DNA of 64,000 nucleotides from Strigamia acuminata (Eukaryota). Under the pieces are notes generated by a model. That model ran no database searches and was not told where the DNA came from. It saw only the letters and a program-made list of their open reading frames with translations. How positions within the stretch are numbered: position 1 is the stretch's first letter; each line of letters opens with the position of its first letter. Positions 54,624 to 64,000 of the stretch are shown in pieces. The DNA is taken from NCBI GenBank assembly GCA_949358305.1, contig OX442314.1:15872001-15936000 (forward strand), read 5' to 3'. A program made the position numbers and the translations under genes.

Positions 54624-56782
54624 TCACGCTTCCAGATCGTGAACGAAAAGCGTTTCTGATGGTCCCAAGCCAATGCACGCAAAAGTGGGTGGTTCGGGGT
54701 TGTCCGTTGTAGGTTCGCACGGCAATACTCGGCGAGGAAAATTTGTTACCACTTGGAATTGATTTGGTGACTCAGGATGGCAGAACACGTAATAATATAA
54801 AACCTAAAAAAACAACGAAAATGTATCAACAAATTCAAAAAAGGTTATGCAGACAGTTTTAAACCTTTAAAGAATACGATTTTAAAAACCGTCTTTCCAA
54901 TCGAGTTCCGTTTGGCAGCTTAATCACAATTCGAATACAATCTGGGTGATTTAATGGTGGCTCCGGCGGAATCATAAAAGTTAACTCAACTTTTAAACGA
55001 CTAATTTCCTAAGAAAATCAACGTGTATTGCATTAACTTCACTTTGTATAAGTTTTTCAAATGAAACCTCTCGTCTCCTTTCAGCAGCCATTTGTTGATC
55101 GCGGACATCTTGTTCTATTTTTTCCTTTTTCTCCTGCTCTTCACGTTTTCTTTTTTCTTTTTCTTGATCCGCTTTCAGCGATACTAAATAAGCTTCATCT
55201 TGCTGTTGTCGAATTGTTTGATTCACATTACGCTCGTGTCTAAAATGAACGAATGCGTGAATTAATTGATGAACCAAAATTTGATGGATCAAAATTTACC
55301 TGTCGGCTCTAGCTGCAATCAGCGAACTTTCATTTTCAGATAAAACTTGTCTTAGCCTAGTTAGTAATTCAACTGGTTTCATAATCCCTTCGATTCTAGC
55401 TACGACGGTCATCCGATTTTCTCTTAAAACTATTACAGCTAGGAATGGATAACTATTTTCACGGAGCGCTTGGGATACGCGATATCCTTCGGGACTTCTT
55501 ACGGAACAAGCCCAGAATAACGTATTAATATTGACAAACTGAATAAGATCTGGATTTCTTAATGTCGACCTATTGATTGATTGTTTGACAAACATAACCA
55601 TTAATGCATATTTTATATTTGAAAATATTTGTTATTTCACTTTACCGACAAAATTCTGGCGTGTCTTGATGCTCATCACTGTGCAAATAAACAAGAAGAA
55701 ATTTCAACTCACGCTTTGCATCATTTAACACCTAAAAAATAAAAAAAAAATAAAAAAAATTGTAACAGATTTTCGTGGGTAGTTTTTAACCTGACTGTAT
55801 GTTCCCTGATAAAACACAGGGTGCAATGTGCCATATCTGTTTTCATAATCCGTTATAAAATTCATTACATCACCCACAGGATCCGTAACATCTAATAGAA
55901 AAATAAAATTAAAATTCCAAATTCGCACATGTTATAAATCTATTTTAAAAAAATGGCTTATCTTACATCTGATTGGGTCTGGACGGACTAGTCGTACTTA
56001 AAAAGAAAAATATCATTTGGAAAGATTTAATCCATTATAAGCTTACACTAAATCGCATAGTAATAACACTTACAAGCAAAAGACAACAAACTGAAAAAAG
56101 TGTTGTATAACAAACGAACTGGAAGTGTCAGAAAATAATACGTCCATCCAACCAGGCCAAGCTGTCGACTTGAAGCTGAAGCGATGTAAACCCTGCAACA
56201 GAATGATTTACTCGTGTTAAATGCAATTAGAACTCGTTAATCTGCATCACCTTTGGTCATCTGGATGTGTTACGACTTGAGGAGCATTATTTGACGGCGG
56301 ATGAAAAACTGATGGTGAACCTTCTTGCATATTTAATGTATCTTGAACAGCAACCTGATGAAACGTAAATTCAATTAAATTGATCAATTTCGTCAATTCT
56401 CTAAACTGCATTTTGTATACTTCAATGTCCCAGTTATGCATTTCTAGTAACCTTCTACATCTTTCGATTTCCTCTATTCCTGTGAGATCCTAAGAAGAAA
56501 AAAATTGCAATTAAACAATTTCAGTTCTCCTTTCCTTTCCATTTCTTTGAAAAACGCTGAAATTGTACGTTTGTATGATATCCCAACGTCATTACACCAA
56601 CAACAAAAGTAAGTATTATACAGAATTCAATAGTCTCAACATATTACGTCACAGAACTGTAAATTACTTACAATTACCAAAAAACATCCTGAAAGAAAAT
56701 ATTTCAATAAAAATCAAGTCTATACCTGGAATTGTAGTAGTTTTTCTGTTTGAACAGGCGACAATTCTTCTTCGTCCGCCAT
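54624..56782 (-). CDS. FAF2: FAS-associated factor 2 (UBA, UAS, coiled coil, UBX)
   Basis: EKLLQFQDLTG, HNWDIEVAVQ, TDPVGDV, PEGYRVSQALRE, QQQDEAYL, NFPRR, LFVHDLEA. Confidence 0.94.
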
Positions 56783-57041
56783 CTTCAAGCAATTCAGCTG
56801 CGGAAGCCTCGTTTACAAACAGGAAACTTTCCCACGATAAACTTCCACGGATTAAAAACTTCACATTATTATTAACTTAATATAACATAAAATTATTATT
56901 TCCTTTTACAACTCTTCACCCCAATTCGGCAGATTAGGGCACAGCTTTGCTAAAAATTGTCGATAAATGGCACCGGGATATTCATACCGCGGCAAGCCGC
57001 CATAATTCAATTTCCGAACTGAAATAAAAATCGACTGAAAG

Positions 57042-57632
57042 ATGCCGCAAGAATTTCAAGTTGTGCGCTGTGGCGCTTGTAGCATATTTCAAGTTCAAAC
57101 AAAGAAGAAATTGATGAAATGGCAATGTAAAATATGTAATGAAAAGCAAGCATTAAACAAGGTATTTAAAATAAGTGTTTTATTTTTAAAAACATTATAA
57201 TTTATTTATTTATTTATTTATGTATAATTTATTTTAATAAAATTTCATAATTTACAGGTTTATGTCGAAAGTGATAGTGCTGAATGCAGGCGACACGTTC
57301 AAAAATTAAATATGCAGCAAAGAGATATAGAAAAGGAGCCGAAATATATGGACCCATCATCCGAACTCGATACTGAAGATGATGAACATGCAGCTGGTCA
57401 AACTACGGAGCGCAGTAAATGGGACATTTTTATTGACTCTGAACCGTCGTCATCAGACAGTGAGGTTGAAATAGATAACAAAAAGCAACAGGACCTACCT
57501 CATAGCCGTATTGACTCAGCTTCGTGCAAAAATAATACCCCGAAAGCGAATCATACATCATCTGTCCCATCTTTTCTAAAAGATTGTAACAATGTCACTG
57601 TAGAAGAATTGGACTCAATCTTTGAATTATAA
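57042..57632 (+). CDS. MRNIP: MRN complex-interacting protein, 2 exons
   Basis: FQVVRCGACSIFQVQ...KWQCKICNEKQ...ECRRHVQKLN, SKW motif. Confidence 0.88.
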
Positions 57633-57780
57633 ATGAAAACATTGTTGGCATATTGTCATTAGTTACGCAGTAACAACTTTCCTTGTTTCCGACAGATAAA
57701 AATGTTTGCATTTCGCATTTTATAGGGTTGTAATTTACCATCATTTTTTTGAAATTTTAAATTTTTAAATTTTTTAATTC

Positions 57781-59156
57781 ATGGCTAATTTATCGGAGTT
57801 ATCATCAGTTGTCGCGATATACCCAACTTATTCCGAGACTGATTTAGTTTCGAAGCAGAGTTCTGGAAAACTTGCTGGATCAGTAACTTCATTTCACAAA
57901 GAATGGGGGCCTTTGAGTACTGAAAAACCAACTATTGATCCAAAGGCCAATTGTAACCACAACTTTTTCTTTTTACATTGTGACAAATTATTTTATTTTA
58001 TTTCCCCGTAGTGGAATTAACATATCCATTACTTCACAAATTTGTGAACAATCAACTCGATTGGGATGCTCCACTGCAGCTGTTAAAAGCTACCCTGCTA
58101 ATCATCAACGACAAAAGGGTCTTTCGGTGAGTTTTGGCAAATTAATTGAATTACAAATAACTGAATTATTGATCCATTCTAAGGAAAAAAACTGACGCTG
58201 CTCAATTCGAAGAGTTAAAACAACTCTACCGCGAATGGTGGACATTAATCAGGAATCACCAAACTCTTCAAGGCACCAACGTGCGCAAACTAGCGAAATT
58301 TATCAAAGATTTCATAGTCGCGGCTCTCGAAGATGCGAGTTACGCGGTCAAAATGGCTGTGTTGGGCACTGAAAAACTAGCCCGGCTGTCCGCTCGTGAG
58401 TCGTCCGTTGCCAGTTGGAAAACAGAACCGGACAAAAAACCAGCGCAAAGAATATCCAGTCAGTTTTCACAGATAGCTTCTGTGGCAGATCCCTCGGTCG
58501 TTGATCTTCCCAAAGCCGAAGCAGCGATATATCCCAGCAGCTCTGGGAAATTAAATGTTCTCGAGGCTAAACCGACTCTAGCTCAATCCAAGGTTGCCAT
58601 GACATCGTCGCAGTTACATTTGCCTATGGACGCATCCGTCGATATGTTCGCAACAGCGATGAAATCCATGGCCAACGAAGACGAAGTGTATATGCAAATC
58701 ATAGTTAAGGATATTCTCAGCGACATTTCGTCGAGAGAAGCTGAACGGCAGAAAAAACTCCTTCAAGCCAGCGATGAGGCAGCTCGCGGACATCGCAGTA
58801 GTGCAACTACGGTAGAGCATTCGCGGTTACCGTTCGGTTCGAAACGGTTGTCGGGGAAGACGATCAAGAGTCGAATTCCCTTGCACGCGATTAAAACGAG
58901 CAAAATGATCGGATCGTTAGTCGATACCAAGCACGGCAGCGGTCGGCTTCCGACAAGTTTTGGTTTCGGAAGTGTACTGGAAGCGTCCTTTTTGCGAAAT
59001 GAATTAAAAGAGAAAATAGAAAGCATCAAACTAAGAAACGACAGGCAAGAAACGACGGCAGAGGGAGTGAAATCAATGAAAGAAAAAGTACATCTGAAAC
59101 TCAGAGCCAACAACACCAAACTTCAAAATTACGTTCGCCCTCTCGGAAAGAAATAA
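57781..59156 (+). CDS. Uncharacterised protein, about 419 aa (exons 57781-57952, 58012-58126, 58184-59156)
   Basis: Canonical GT-AG introns give one continuous frame; no domain recognised. Confidence 0.7.
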
Positions 59157-59204
59157 CGTTCTGAATTTATTGATTGAATATAAATCCAACAATTTGCAAT
59201 AAAG

Positions 59205-61142
59205 TTAATCTTCTTCCACAATTCTTCCTGTTCGAAACGAAGTAAATGGAACGCTACCAGGTTTACTGTGTGCCCTACGATTGGCTTTCCTGAAATAAAT
59301 AAATAAATTGTTGAATTTATAAGCCACAATAAAGAATTCTCGTTGAACGTACTTTCTCATATCTTTCTCTCTGATAACGTGTAATTCTTTCTTGGCGTTG
59401 TAAACGTGTTTCGGCACATGGCGATGCCGAGCAATTCGGCTTATTTCCGGATGATGCGCATACTTTTCTTTCAGTTTTTCATTGTATTCCCAAGCGGTCT
59501 TTTCACGTGGGTGCAGCTGTAAAAAAAAAGAGAAATAAAATAAACAAAATAAAAAATAATCGCAAATGGGTTTTGTACCAGTCCCAATTTTTCAGATGCT
59601 CTGGCTTTCCACAGACGAATGCTCATCTCGTCAGAACCGGATAGAATGAAGGTGTTATCGAGTGTCCACGATACACATTGCAGTCTCTGCATTCGTTTTG
59701 TGTGATAAATGTCCCTAGTAAAAATCAAATAAAATAATTGGGTCGCAAAGAAAAAGGGAAGAAACTACCTGCTGTGGCTTTTATCGGCGGGATAAAGACG
59801 GATTGTTTTATCATAACTTCCAGTGACAAATTCTTTTCCAGTCGGTGAATAATCGACATCAGTAACTGAAATGAAATAATGTAATTTTTTGTTTTTCGAC
59901 TGTTTCATTTTTCGTTTTATTGATTTACCTGCTGAAACATGATCCATATGAACATTTATAGGTCTCCGTAAATTCCTCAAGTCAAACGAGTACAAACTAC
60001 AAATATTTTTAAAAAAAATTAGAATAAATCGTCCTTAAAAATTCCTCTATACTTTACTTGTAATCTTCATTTGCAACTGTAAACACAAATGCTTCCATTG
60101 GATTCCAACAAATCTTATTTGACTTTAAGCTCAGTACAACCTTTCTAACTGAGAGCGCGCTTCGTAAATCGTACAGAACAATGCTTCTGTCACTAACGCA
60201 ACTTGCCAGCAAATCGGTCTATAAAACGCAGTTTAATTATTTGTAATTACTGTTACGGTAATAAACAAATAAATTACTTACTTCAATCGGATTAAATCGA
60301 ACACTACAGTGAGTGTCAGATCCGCCAGTGATAGATCGTAATGGAACCGACCGCGATTCTTCCCACAAATCAATTTTTTCTCCGCACGTTACAAACATTG
60401 GCTTCTGCCAATGATGACTCATTCCTGTCAGCATCGTCTAAAATCATTACATTTTAATATTGTCTAAGTATTTAAATTTTAAAAAATTAAACCTTTGCTA
60501 TTATTGTGTTACTGGGCCCGTCTTCGCCATCTTCAGGCGCTTCCATCGGCCATTGTTTAATCGTTTTGTCATCTCCTGTCTGCGAGAGAATTATGCTTAA
60601 GTTTTGAATTAATTTCAACAAATTTAGATTCAATTACAGTTAAGAAATATTCCCCGTCGCTTGGAAAACAAATTTCTCGTACAAATCCTGTATGAGCTTG
60701 AATAACGCGTTTACAAACTTTCTGCGATATGTCCCACACACGAACCTGCGTAAAATAATATTAATTTAGAAACAAGTTGCGGAACAAGTTTTTGCTTTCT
60801 AAAATGACCTCTCCATCACAACATCCAGACAGTATACAAGTTAGTTGTTTAGGATGTTTCGATAAACATTCGATTCCATCTCTGTGTCCGTCAAGTGATC
60901 CAACAAACGGTTTAGAAAACAGTTTTTGAAGTTTGACAGCATTTCTTGCTCTGACATATTCTCTTCCAGCTTCAAAGGGGTGTAAAACTGGGTCGTAGTT
61001 TCTGTGTACTGTTGGAATACAACATTAATATTAGTGTTTTTCACCATGTTCTACCTCGTTAAAAAAACATACCTCTGTGAATATCTGATTTGGTTTCCCG
61101 TAAATAATCATCAGGATTTCGACACAGCACTTTAATCTTCAT
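59205..61142 (-). CDS. DCAF13: DDB1- and CUL4-associated factor 13 (Sof1)
   Basis: MKIKVLCRNPDDYLRET, DVDYSPTGKEF, YHTKRMQ, RLWKARASEKLG, ANRRAHSKPG. Confidence 0.95.
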
Positions 61143-61500
61143 TATATTTGGAATATATAACCAGTGCAAAACACACCAGCAAGAATTAACATGTGCCAAA
61201 AACTACAATCTTTACTGCTGCCCTCTATACTTGAAAATGACAACAGCGCTTTTGAAACGGCGCTGGAAACATGTGGTTCATAAAACATTGTGCGGTGTGT
61301 TTGAATGTGACTATTGGTGATTATTGACTGCAGCCCTGAAACACAGAATATTCCTAACACACAACAGGTAAATATATTGTTTAAAAGAAATAATAAGCAC
61401 AAATAACACTAAGGTTTTCAACAATCAATGAAGAATTTATTATTAAATTTGCTGCTACCAATATTATAAATTCTTGTTAATACCAAAAATTAATGTTCAG

Positions 61501-61935
61501 ATGGAGAACAGGAATGAATGATGTGAAATTCTTTTCATTTCCAGACCCAGTAAAATTCCGTGCAAAAATAAAAATTTGGTTAAATGCTTGCAAGAGAGAT
61601 GATTTTAATGACTTGGTTCAACACAAGTAAATCCTAATCCCCATACCTGCAACTGTTAGTGAAAATAGAGTAAGCAATCATAGTTTTTGCATTGTAGCCT
61701 GTTATGTAATAACAAATTATTTTATTATTAGCTTAAAGAATTGAAACGAAAAAGACTCCTTCATGCTATGGATAAACGTTGCTCGACCAAGGAAATACTA
61801 AGAGACAATATGTTGACTCATCCGCAACTCAAGAAACTGAATACTACTTCAACTGACTCGGTGGATGCCATTTCTCACATATCATCATGTCCGTCCAAGG
61901 TAGAAATAACCTTGGCTCAGAACACACGGAGTTAA
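61501..61935 (+). pseudogene. Possible THAP-domain fragment
   Basis: Exon-like 61501-61626 reads DVKFFSFPDP...IWLNACKRDD; the CxxH end of THAP was not found. Confidence 0.35.
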
Positions 61936-62397
61936 AATGTATATCAGTAATCTTGAACTACTTTATTTTACTATTCAAAAATTCAATAAATATTGAGCAA
62001 ATAAATAGTTTCAAATTACCACGAGATTGTTGAGTCCAAAAACGAGCGCATCATATCCCACAAATCTCCAGGACATACGCTAATTGAGATTAAAGTAGGC
62101 AAAACCATATAAGCTTATATCATCCACCTCTATTTTTGGAAGGAAAAGTTTTGTGATAACCAACCTGTCAATGTATCAACATTCGAGGAACCATGCACCT
62201 CATTTGGCCGAGATGATCACTTGATCATTTCCTTTCTATCTAAACACTAGTAAAGCTGCCAGCCAATGGGAAAAAAGGAATTTTCCGGGCGAATAGTTTA
62301 AATAGCTGTTTTTATCCATGTTTTAAAAGTGTTTACTGCTGATTACAAAATTACGTATTCGTATAAAAATATTATTAGTCACAAAATAAGGTATGTA

Positions 62398-64000
<1,603 letters not shown>

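Overview
AT-rich, gene-dense animal genomic DNA (arthropod-like; species not determinable by eye) with mostly 55-75 nt introns. It holds about 15 recognisable housekeeping genes: IP3 3-kinase, a K2P channel, METTL26, GANAB, MGME1, ACP7, ECHDC3, STT3A, SRRT/ARS2, LDAH, FAF2, MRNIP, DCAF13 and the 3' part of MCM3. It also holds an MGME1 paralogue lacking catalytic residues and an orphan gene. An accessory block (about 25.8-42 kb) contains an NLR-like NACHT gene and a 2.5-kb direct duplication split by a decayed, 3'-truncated Ty3/gypsy element, with two copies of a hAT-type MITE. Each duplicate carries a 4-exon gene, missed by the ORF track, for a secreted precursor: signal peptide, acidic propeptide, 8-Cys defensin/toxin-like domain, Pro/Gly-rich tail. 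SRRT shows two alternative last exons that each encode the cap-binding-complex motif, a candidate poison exon next to a long hairpin, and a U12 intron. All exon models were derived by hand and need RNA-seq confirmation.
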